NCBI GenBank assembly: GCA_964619725.1
Contig: CAZUFC010000036.1
Span: forward strand, 44,104 to 66,063
DNA: 21,960 bases
From: an uncultured bacterium
GTDB lineage: Bacteria; CSSED10-310; CAZUFC01
Reading direction: 5' to 3'
The notes under the pieces were generated by a model that saw only the letters and a list, made by a program, of their open reading frames with translations, was not told the DNA's origin and ran no database searches. Shown here piece by piece: positions 9,086 through 17,097 of the stretch. The position numbers were made by a program, and so were the translations under genes. Every line of letters begins with the position of its first letter. The first letter of the stretch is position 1.

Positions 9086-11056
9086 CTACATAAGAGTATT
9101 ATGAGTCGCGGTTCCCGGTTCATCCCCCGGATTCAGCATGTACTGCGGCGGTTTCGATTCGGCTTCGCGCATTATTTCCTGTTCTTCCGGAGAGAGCAGT
9201 CGACCGTCTTTTGTTTTCAAGTAACCTTCGTATTGACCGCCTTCAACGATTTGTCCGGGTGCGGTAAAGTCAGCAGGTTCATAATCGTAGACTTCCCAAT
9301 CGGGCGGCCAGTTGAATATTTCGTCCGCGCCCTGGTTGGCGGCTTTAGCTGCTGCAGGGTCGTTTTCGGATTTCAGGAATCCCGGCCCTCGAGCTTGAAC
9401 GAAACGTCCGGCGCCGTAGTTAGTCTTGGGTTTCACAACGACCATGTAGTCGAACACGACATCCTCATCGGCATCTTCAATGCTTCTGAAGACATCGAAT
9501 CCTGCCTTAGTCTTTTTAACGGCCAGCGACTGCGGCGAATGTGGCTGCACAAAAACTTTGATGGGATTATCTTCATCAATGACCGAAATATCAGCCAGTA
9601 TCGGATCAAGTTCCACGTGTACCCTCTCGCCGGTAATGGTAGCCTGCCCATAGTCGGTGTACCAGTATTCAGGGCTTTCCGGGCAGACTAAAGTGATACG
9701 TCCGTGGTCTTTTGTAGGGATGATCTCTGAAACTGATCCGGTGCCGCGGATTTTATAATCTGTACCGCCGGAATCCTCACCTATATAGGCATATCCTCCG
9801 CCGGTACAACTGAAATACGCTCCTTGACGATTAGGAGCGTCGCCGGAAAAATAACCGTAAACGCCGTATCCGTCCTGAGTCCCTCCATTGGCGTAAAAAT
9901 AACCTCCGTAAGTATAGGACGGATTGCTCGATCCCAGATAAGCGGCGCTTCCGTATACTCCGTAGGCGCCTCCCGTATAGGCGGCATACCCGGATACGCC
10001 TTTCGGATAAGAAACGCCTCTTGCGCATCCATAAATTCCATAAGCGCCGCCGCTTCCGTATACTCCCGTGTTTGAGCTGTAGGAGTAAACGCCGTAGGAA
10101 TAACCCGAAGCATACAGACCATATCGTCCTGCACCGTAAGCTCCTACGCCGGCATCGCTTGCGGAATCGCCACGTACGCCGAAATAGTTGCCGGCGCTTG
10201 ATCCCCTGACGCCTGCGCCGCTTGAGTTTAAATACTGCCAGCACCACGTGCTGGAACAACTCAAAGAACCGTTGCAGGTTAATCCGACTCCCTGCGGACC
10301 GGAAGGTCCTCTGGAACCCGTCGAACCGGTCGGACCGGAAGGACCTCTGGCGCCCGTCGAACCGGTCGGACCGGAAGGGCCCCGTGCTCCCTGCATACCC
10401 ATCGGTCCTGTCGGGCCGGTAGGTCCTTGCGATCCTGCTGCGCCGGGCGGTCCTGTCGGGCCTGTCGGACCTTGAGCGCCCTGCATTCCCATGGGTCCTG
10501 TCGGACCTGTCGGACCCTGTGCTCCTTGCATGCCCATCGGTCCCTGAGGTCCCGTAGGGCCTGTGGGTCCCACCAATCCTGTCGGATCGCCGACCCATTG
10601 TCCGGCAGCATCCACAACCTGACCGTATCCTGTTATCGATATGCTGTGAGGATTGATATTCTGATCGTAAACATCTTCCGCATTCTCCGAACGATACGCC
10701 TGCCCCACGCTCGTCAATGGAACTCGAGGGTCCAAAACTTCATCGTCGACTTCAATCTCCAGCCAGAAATCTCCGTCAAAATCCACCAGCATCGGATCAA
10801 TCGGTACCGTATCTCCTAATATGACGTGAAAAACACCCGCAGATACGCTTACGCTGTTGTGAATCTCTTCCCACAGATAAGTCCCGCCGGTTTCTACGTC
10901 ATATATCCTGAATTCGAATCCATAGGTCCCATCCAACGGCTCTCCCAATGAATCCGTCAAATGCCCCTGGTAGTTTATCTCGTAAGGAATCGCCGCAAGT
11001 GAGAGACTCGCCGCCAATCCCATTATTGCGCACAGAAATACAACTTTTAGTTTCAT
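9086..11056 (-). CDS. Secreted collagen-like fibre/adhesin protein
   Basis: 656 aa with AAGGAG RBS and signal peptide. N-terminal INYQG-L-D..G-P domain, 32 uninterrupted Gly-X-Y triplets (aa 160-255), Gly/Tyr-rich YGVYG repeats (aa ~280-425) and a C-terminal [13 protein letters not shown] domain. Confidence 0.9.
   Translation of the reverse strand: MKLKVVFLCAIMGLAASLSLAAIPYEINYQGHLTDSLGEPLDGTYGFEFRIYDVETGGTYLWEEIHNSVSVSAGVFHVILGDTVPIDPMLVDFDGDFWLEIEVDDEVLDPRVPLTSVGQAYRSENAEDVYDQNINPHSISITGYGQVVDAAGQWVGDPTGLVGPTGPTGPQGPMGMQGAQGPTGPTGPMGMQGAQGPTGPTGPPGAAGSQGPTGPTGPMGMQGARGPSGPTGSTGARGPSGPTGSTGSRGPSGPQGVGLTCNGSLSCSSTWCWQYLNSSGAGVRGSSAGNYFGVRGDSASDAGVGAYGAGRYGLYASGYSYGVYSYSSNTGVYGSGGAYGIYGCARGVSYPKGVSGYAAYTGGAYGVYGSAAYLGSSNPSYTYGGYFYANGGTQDGYGVYGYFSGDAPNRQGAYFSCTGGGYAYIGEDSGGTDYKIRGTGSVSEIIPTKDHGRITLVCPESPEYWYTDYGQATITGERVHVELDPILADISVIDEDNPIKVFVQPHSPQSLAVKKTKAGFDVFRSIEDADEDVVFDYMVVVKPKTNYGAGRFVQARGPGFLKSENDPAAAKAANQGADEIFNWPPDWEVYDYEPADFTAPGQIVEGGQYEGYLKTKDGRLLSPEEQEIMREAESKPPQYMLNPGDEPGTATHNTLM
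10292..10579 (-). repeat. Collagen (Gly-X-Y)32 coding repeat
   Basis: [15 protein letters not shown] triplets. Includes a near-exact 36-nt tandem duplication at 10295-10378. Confidence 0.95.
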
Positions 11057-11074
11057 ATATTCTCCTTTCCCTCC

Positions 11075-11500
11075 CTATTTAAAGAATTTCCTCATCCTTG
11101 TCGTCGCAGCGAACAATATTCCGAAAACGATCAACAAGGTTATTCCGCCTAAAGGTCCTGTCGCCGGCACAGGCGCCATCGTCGGCGTTACAGTGACCGT
11201 CGGCGTTATCGCCGGAGTAGCTGTCGGTACGACCGCCGGCTCCATCGGTCCCCAGAATCCTCCGTGAAGAACCACGTCGGTACCAGTCGATATGCCTATC
11301 GGCGATGACTGTCCAACCGTGTCATTCACGATAAATGAACTAGATAGCCTTTCCCCTCCGCCTGTACTGATTACGTCATTGGGGATTATAAAATTGTCGC
11401 TGCTCTGACCGGCTGCATTCACTGCAACCCCGTATCCCGAAAACAAAATCAGCACAATGGAAAGAGGGATCAGCCTCTTGCCTAAAAACAATGCTTTCAA
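11075..11500 (-). CDS. Small secreted protein with Pro/Thr linker and C-terminal sorting signal (VPATG-TM-basic tail)
   Basis: TTG start with GGAGG 7 nt upstream. Signal peptide, ~50-aa beta-rich domain (VISTGGG...TVGQ...LHGGFW), PT linker, then VPATGPLGGITLLIVFGILFAATTRMRKFFK. Ends 18 nt upstream of the fibre start. Confidence 0.85.
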   Translation of the reverse strand: MKALFLGKRLIPLSIVLILFSGYGVAVNAAGQSSDNFIIPNDVISTGGGERLSSSFIVNDTVGQSSPIGISTGTDVVLHGGFWGPMEPAVVPTATPAITPTVTVTPTMAPVPATGPLGGITLLIVFGILFAATTRMRKFFK

Positions 11501-11589
11501 TAAAAGACCTCCTTCCCTTCTATTACAAACTTACTTCACGCTTTTGCATTCGCCGCACATATTCGGACGAACACCTGCATAATCTTTTT

Positions 11590-11619
11590 TTTATAACTTA
11601 TTTTATCAGCAGCAGTCAA
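11590..11619 (-). promoter_or_regulatory. Candidate sigma70-type promoter for the anchor-fibre operon
   Basis: Minus strand TTGACT (11619-11614), 18-nt spacer, TATAAA (11595-11590), about 90 nt upstream of the TTG start. Motif match only. Confidence 0.4.
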
Positions 11620-11828
11620 ATTTGAACAAGTTTTTTTGCCTGGGTCTAAAAATATACGGCCAGAGGACTTCCTGATTTTTATTCAAACGTCTGTTCAGCA
11701 GCAAAATTTTATACGATAATAGAGTTTGCGGACAGGCGCCGTATAAGACTCAATGACTTTGTTGATCGGAAATGAATTGTTCAGTAATATGCTTTGAGGC
11801 GCTTTTTCATGTACTGGAGGAAATTTCA

Positions 11829-13016
11829 GTGAAAAACATGAGAAAAAGTAAAAAAAGGGACAAAAAGAAAGAGCCCCCTCAGAGAACTCCTCCCCAAAAA
11901 AGACCGAATTCACCGACTGATTCTTTCGAATCGGGAACAGATAACGGGAAAAAGCTGGCAGGCATTTTTCTTCTTATCGTGCTTATAGCGGTTCTCTACC
12001 TGGTCTTCAAAGTGATACAACCCTATCTCAATACGATCATCATCACAATCCTTCTGGCGACGCTATGGTATCCGGTTCATTCACGAATAGTAAAACTGGT
12101 CAAAGGCCGCGAAAGCCTGGCAGCCGTTATATCATGCATCCTTGTTATTCTTGTTGTCGTCCTGCCTTTATCTTTGCTTTCCCTGGCGCTGATCGAACAA
12201 GGGATAAGTTCTTTTAAAGCTGTGCAATCCTGGATTCAGCAAGGCGGCCTGGATAAACTCCTGAATTCAGATCAGGTAACGTGGATAAAAGAATTTTTAA
12301 AAAACAAGGTTGGTCTTGAAACTCTGAAATTCTCTGAGTTATCTTCCACCTTGATGAATTTCAGCACAGGCGTCGGACAGTTCCTCTTCAGTCACGGAGG
12401 AGCCATCATTCAGAACGCATCAGCGATTTTAGTCAAGTTTTTTCTTATGATATTCATATTATTCTATTTTCTGCGTGAAGGACCGGAAATGACGGAATGG
12501 CTGCTTCACATGATTCCGCTTTCGAAAACCCATGAAGAAGAATTAATAACGAAAATCCGTATGGTCAGCAGATCGGCGATTATGGGCGCGCTGGGCACGG
12601 GAGTAGCCCAGGGTATCGCAGGCGGAATCGGCCTGATGATCGTGGGAATACCTGCCCTGTTCTGGGGCGCCATGATGGGTTTCGCCTCACTTGTTCCCGT
12701 AGTCGGGAGCGCATTGATCTGGGCGCCCGCATGCATCTATCTTCTGATTATGGGAAGCTGGGGAAAAGCTGTTTTTCTGGCGTTGTGGTGCATGGCGGTC
12801 GTGGGCTCGATCGATAACTTTCTGCGTCCCTGGCTGATGAAGGGAGAAGCCGGCATGTCCACGTTGTTATTATTCTTCGCAATTTTAGGAGGCCTGAGTT
12901 ATTTCGGTCTTATCGGAATCATTTACGGTCCGTTGATTTTCGGGCTATGCGCCGTGTTGCTTTATATTTACGAACTGGAATATTCAAGCTTTCTTAAAAG
13001 ACAGGACAAAAACTGA
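11829..13016 (+). CDS. AI-2E family (PerM/YdiK-like) membrane transporter
   Basis: Multi-TM protein with LFYFLREG, FASLVPVVGSALIW.P, IDNFLRP and GG...FG.IG..YGP motifs. Start moved to GTG 11829 (GGAGG at 11816-11820); ATG 11838 is an alternative. Confidence 0.92.
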   Translation: MKNMRKSKKRDKKKEPPQRTPPQKRPNSPTDSFESGTDNGKKLAGIFLLIVLIAVLYLVFKVIQPYLNTIIITILLATLWYPVHSRIVKLVKGRESLAAVISCILVILVVVLPLSLLSLALIEQGISSFKAVQSWIQQGGLDKLLNSDQVTWIKEFLKNKVGLETLKFSELSSTLMNFSTGVGQFLFSHGGAIIQNASAILVKFFLMIFILFYFLREGPEMTEWLLHMIPLSKTHEEELITKIRMVSRSAIMGALGTGVAQGIAGGIGLMIVGIPALFWGAMMGFASLVPVVGSALIWAPACIYLLIMGSWGKAVFLALWCMAVVGSIDNFLRPWLMKGEAGMSTLLLFFAILGGLSYFGLIGIIYGPLIFGLCAVLLYIYELEYSSFLKRQDKN

Positions 13017-13083
13017 TTTGATAAACAGCGCATCGCCGAAGATAAATTTGATCCATTTTTGAACTCCCCGGGAAGCCTGAAAA

Positions 13084-13851
13084 TCACCGGTTAGTCAGAA
13101 TTATCATACCGCTTTCATCCACGTATTTTCGGACAGGGCTGCGCCGTCTATAATTTTTCCTCGACAAACCGAGTTTCTCTTCCAGTTTTTTCCAGTCGGG
13201 AACATGTAAAGCGTACAATTGCAGCGGCTTGTTTTTATATTGACGATAATGCGTTATGACAAGTTCGACATACTGCTCCGTCTCCTTGATGTTCGGGATA
13301 CCTCGAGCCCTGACCACCCTGGCTTCTCCTGCGTTGTAGGCGGCCAGCACGAATCGGACGTTTCTGTTGAATAAAGTCATCAGGTATCGCAAGTGACGGA
13401 TGCCGGCCGTTATGTTCTGCTGAACGTCAAAAATGTCGGTTACCCGATATTGCGCCGCGGTCGAAGGAATCAACTGCATTACCCCTTTCGCTCCTTTCGG
13501 CGAAACTGCGCGGCAGTTAAATCCTGACTCGACTCTCGCCACCGCCACCGCCAGATCAGGGTCCACTCCATACTTGACGGAAGCTTTTCTTATACATTTG
13601 ATGATTTTCTCATGGTCTTTCTTTGTCGCTGCAGGCCTTGGCGGTTCCTGAATTCTGATTTTTTTTATGTAATCCTTTACCGGTTTCGTAGAAAAACAAA
13701 CAGCTCCGTTTTCATCAGCGTACTGATAAACATAACGCCTGGCTTCGGCAATGTCGCTTGTGGAAAAAATGAGACAAAACAACAAGGCTGAAGCGAAGAC
13801 AAACCGACAAGAGACATCAGCGATTAAATTGCAGTTTCGATTAAAAAACAA
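13084..13851 (-). CDS. Lytic transglycosylase (SLT domain) with N-terminal DUF4124-like segment
   Basis: TTG start with GGAGG RBS and hydrophobic N-terminus. Motifs VARVESGFN (catalytic Glu), AVSPKGAKGVMQLIP, LAAYNAG and ET..YV. Confidence 0.93.
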   Translation of the reverse strand: MFFNRNCNLIADVSCRFVFASALLFCLIFSTSDIAEARRYVYQYADENGAVCFSTKPVKDYIKKIRIQEPPRPAATKKDHEKIIKCIRKASVKYGVDPDLAVAVARVESGFNCRAVSPKGAKGVMQLIPSTAAQYRVTDIFDVQQNITAGIRHLRYLMTLFNRNVRFVLAAYNAGEARVVRARGIPNIKETEQYVELVITHYRQYKNKPLQLYALHVPDWKKLEEKLGLSRKNYRRRSPVRKYVDESGMIILTNR

Positions 13852-13919
13852 CGGTTGCCCTCCGGAAAAAATGAGCGACTAAAGTCAATTCACTAAATAA
13901 TATCGGATCATGCCTTTTG

Positions 13920-14720
13920 TCAAATTTTTAAGTCTCGCTTGATTTTCATCATTATTTTTTCGTGAATGAAAACGGGCGTCATTCTGTTTATTAAACTGAT
14001 GATTTTCATCGGTAGAGGAAACGCATAAAACGACTTTCCTCTTGAAGCAGCATAAGCGATCTTTTCGGCGGCGTCTTTCGCGGTCATCAGGAAAGGCATT
14101 CTGAATTTATGGCTGTTCGTCATCGGGGTATCGACGAAACCGGGCTGAATGCATGTGACCTTGATTTTATAGGGTTTCAAGTCGATTCCAAGACTTTCCA
14201 GAAAAACGGTCTGAGCCGCTTTGGACGCGCAATATGAACCGTTCGCCGGCAGCCCTCTGACTCCCGCTAAACTTGAAATGCCTATTATGTGTCCTTCTTG
14301 TCTGCGGATCATGGCGGGCACGAAAGGCATAATCGTATTAACCATCCCATTCAGATTGGTTTCCATGATCGAAAGATGTCTTTTCATCGAAAAACGGGCG
14401 CCGGGATTGAATTTTCCCACGCCGGCATTGGCTATGACAATATCAGCGCATCCCCACTTTTCATTTATCTGGTCGCAAGCATCCTTCATTTCCGAATACA
14501 CGCGTACATCCGCCTGAAAGATCAAAACATCTGCACCCAAATCGGAACAGCTATCCTGCAATTCCCTCAATAGATTCTCCCGCCGGGCGCACAAGGCTAA
14601 AGAAGTCCCCTTGCCGGCAAGCAATAGAGCCAAAGCCTCCCCTATTCCTGAAGAGGCGCCTGTGATGAAGATTTTTTTATTGGAGAAATAATTGTCCATG
14701 CTTACCCGCCTTTGATTCAT
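13920..14720 (-). CDS. Short-chain dehydrogenase/reductase (classical SDR)
   Basis: ITGASSGIG, ANAG, catalytic SS...YCASK and PGFVDTPMT. A basic ARR after beta-2 suggests NADP(H). Alternative start at 14699. Confidence 0.95.
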   Translation of the reverse strand: MNQRRVSMDNYFSNKKIFITGASSGIGEALALLLAGKGTSLALCARRENLLRELQDSCSDLGADVLIFQADVRVYSEMKDACDQINEKWGCADIVIANAGVGKFNPGARFSMKRHLSIMETNLNGMVNTIMPFVPAMIRRQEGHIIGISSLAGVRGLPANGSYCASKAAQTVFLESLGIDLKPYKIKVTCIQPGFVDTPMTNSHKFRMPFLMTAKDAAEKIAYAASRGKSFYAFPLPMKIISLINRMTPVFIHEKIMMKIKRDLKI

Positions 14721-14810
14721 CTGCCGGCATAGTTACGCCTGAAACCGGCCTCTCTTCTTCTCCCCAATTATTATTATAATTTTTCTTTACAGAGAGTCCG
14801 GCAACCTGAA

Positions 14811-15164
14811 TCAATGCTGCCAGCCGCGCGGATATCGCTGATCTATTTTAGCGGCTATTATAAAATCATTTCGATGCAATCCCTTAACTTTTCTGGTTCG
14901 CAAATTTACTTTAACCCTTTTCTCATCAATCAGAATAACCGGATAATGGCCTTCCTTCGTCACAATTTCCCCTATTTTTGTAATGAATTCAACGACCTTA
15001 TCGAAGTCAGAAAAAATAAATATTCTTTCTAATTGCTCCATGTCGTCCCGCTCAACAATTTTCCAGTCACGCACGTGAATATGCGCCTTCGATATTTCTT
15101 CCTCCGACATTCTTTCGTCATCAGATTCGCAATCCCGGCATTCCATTTCATGCATTTTTTCCAT
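14811..15164 (-). CDS. Pterin-4a-carbinolamine dehydratase (PCD/PhhB) family protein with degenerate active site
   Basis: N-terminal CxxC, W..., LER.F.F.DF, EGHYP and GLHRNDFIIAAKID match the family. GGAG RBS present. Confidence 0.85.
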   Translation of the reverse strand: MEKMHEMECRDCESDDERMSEEEISKAHIHVRDWKIVERDDMEQLERIFIFSDFDKVVEFITKIGEIVTKEGHYPVILIDEKRVKVNLRTRKVKGLHRNDFIIAAKIDQRYPRGWQH

Positions 15165-15263
15165 AAAACATCTCCATGTGAAACCGTTGAGTTGAATTTA
15201 CAAACGACATCTTCCAATACCTGATTCAACTTATCTTAAATCGTTCATCCCATATCCTGAGAA

Positions 15264-16955
15264 TTAAAGAAAATCCAGATCAGCACCCAGGTGAGCCTGC
15301 AGCACGCGGTCCGCATAAAGTTTTTTCCAGCCCCTGGATGGCCGGGGCCCTGGTTTGAACAGCGCTCTTCTTCTTTTCAGTTCGCTTTCATCGATAAGTA
15401 GTTCAATACGTTTTTTTCGCACATCCAGGCGTATCAAGTCGTCATTTTCAACCAGGGCCAGAGTTCCCCCGACTGCCGCTTCGGGCGAACAATGCAGCAC
15501 AATGGTCCCGAATGCTGTGCCGCTCATTCTCGCATCAGAAATTCTGACCATATCGGTAACTCCTTTTTCAGCCAGGTACGTCGGGATCGGCAGATAGCCT
15601 GCTTCAGGCATTCCGGCTCCGACTGGACCTGCATTCCTCATCACCAGCACATGTTCCGGCGTAATTCGCAAATCAGGATCGTCAATCCGTTCAGCAACAT
15701 CTTCCGGTGACTCGAATACGGCTGCCGGACCGGTATGTTTCAGCAGTTCCGGCGAGGCAGCAGCGGTTTTTATGACAGCCCCGTCAGGCGCCAGGTTGCC
15801 TCTGAGAACCGTTAAAGAGCCGGCAGGTCCCAGAGGATTATCCAGAGTTCTGATGATGTTCTGCCAATCGCCCGGCGCTTCTGTATGCAGCAGCGTTTCT
15901 CCCAGAGTCTTACCGCTGACCGATAAAACATTCTTCCGGAGCAGCGGTTCAAGCGATTTCAATAAAACGGGCATGCCTCCCGCTTTGTGAAAATCCTCCA
16001 TATAATTTTCGCCTGCCGGTTTACAATTGACGAGCAGGGGCGTCTGTTCAGAGATTCGATTTAAATCGTCCAGAGAAATGTCTATACCCGCTCTTCGCGC
16101 AATAGCGATGAGATGAATGACGGCATTGGTCGAACCTCCCAACGCCGTGAGAACGGTAAGAGCGTTGACGAAGGAATCTTCAGAGATTATATCCCGCGGC
16201 CGCAGTTTCGTTCCAGCGAGGGTTACGGCTGTTCTGCCGGAAGCGACTGCGTTGCGCAGCCTGGCCCCTGATCCTGAAGGGGGAGAAGCGCCGCCCGGCA
16301 ACATCAATCCCAGGGTTTCCGCCAGGCAGGCCATGGTCGATGCCGTACCCATGACCATGCAGGTGCCGTTGTTCGAACAGAGTGATTTTTCTATCTCTTT
16401 AATTTCCTCTTTTGTAATTTTCCCTGCCCGAAACAAAGACCAGTATTTTCGACAATCGGTGCACGCGCCGAGCCTGGCGCCCCGCCAATCACCCGTCATC
16501 ATTGGTCCCGTTACCGTTACGACCGCGGGAACATCTGCAGAAACAGCAGCCATTATCTGCGCCGGGACCGTTTTATCGCATCCGCCCAGCAGCACAACCG
16601 CATCCATGGGTTGAGACCTTATCATCTCTTCGGTTTCCATGGCCATCAGGTTACGGTACAGCATAGTCGTCGGATGCATGAATATCTCATTCAATGAACA
16701 AGTGGGAAACGCAAACGGGAGTCCGCCGCTTTCCAGGACTCCTCTTTTCACCGCCTGAACCATTTCCTGCATGCCGCGATGACAGGTGTTATAATCCGAT
16801 GAAGTATCGGCTATTCCGATTATGGGGCGGTCAAGATCGATCTCATCGTATCCTGCGGATGCTAGAAATGCCCTCCTCATGTATTTACTGAATTCCCTGT
16901 CGCCGTAAGAAGTTAAATTCCTGTAAATTCCTTTCGGTTCGCTCTTATCCTTCAT
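15264..16955 (-). CDS. IlvD/Edd-family Fe-S dehydratase, probably sugar-acid dehydratase clade
   Basis: YNTCH, MLYRNL, GGCDKT, GTCMVMGTASTM, GGSTNAVIHL, GNLAPDGAVIK, GMPE and SDARMSGT motifs. Confidence 0.93.
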   Translation of the reverse strand: MKDKSEPKGIYRNLTSYGDREFSKYMRRAFLASAGYDEIDLDRPIIGIADTSSDYNTCHRGMQEMVQAVKRGVLESGGLPFAFPTCSLNEIFMHPTTMLYRNLMAMETEEMIRSQPMDAVVLLGGCDKTVPAQIMAAVSADVPAVVTVTGPMMTGDWRGARLGACTDCRKYWSLFRAGKITKEEIKEIEKSLCSNNGTCMVMGTASTMACLAETLGLMLPGGASPPSGSGARLRNAVASGRTAVTLAGTKLRPRDIISEDSFVNALTVLTALGGSTNAVIHLIAIARRAGIDISLDDLNRISEQTPLLVNCKPAGENYMEDFHKAGGMPVLLKSLEPLLRKNVLSVSGKTLGETLLHTEAPGDWQNIIRTLDNPLGPAGSLTVLRGNLAPDGAVIKTAAASPELLKHTGPAAVFESPEDVAERIDDPDLRITPEHVLVMRNAGPVGAGMPEAGYLPIPTYLAEKGVTDMVRISDARMSGTAFGTIVLHCSPEAAVGGTLALVENDDLIRLDVRKKRIELLIDESELKRRRALFKPGPRPSRGWKKLYADRVLQAHLGADLDFL

Positions 16956-17092
16956 GGTTCCTGCTCCCTTATACTGCTCTCCAACTGTGTCGGCTCAATA
17001 TTGTCCTCTCTTCGGTACGCTTCTTTCTTTATACGGTCGACCGGACTTATTGCTGCGGCTGCTTCATATTTCAAGCCGGTTGACCTTCTCAT
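16952..17092 (-). CDS. Possible 46-aa small ORF bridging the TPP enzyme and the dehydratase
   Basis: MRRSTGLKYEAAAAISPVDRIKKEAYRREDNIEPTQLESSIREQEP*. Starts 5 nt after the upstream stop, and its TGA overlaps the dehydratase ATG (ATGA). No recognisable motif. Confidence 0.3.
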   Translation of the reverse strand: MRRSTGLKYEAAAAISPVDRIKKEAYRREDNIEPTQLESSIREQEP

Positions 17093-17097
17093 TCACA

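Noticed and set aside
9080-10819. Long alternative-frame and antisense ORFs (9080-9691, 9831-10598, 10188-10475, 10427-10819), including a second apparent collagen
   Set aside because: Shadows of the GC-rich fibre gene; Gly-Pro codons read as Gly/Pro on the opposite strand.
9086-11056. Prophage tail-fibre gene
   Set aside because: It has a Sec signal peptide, and no capsid, terminase, integrase or other phage genes are in the window.
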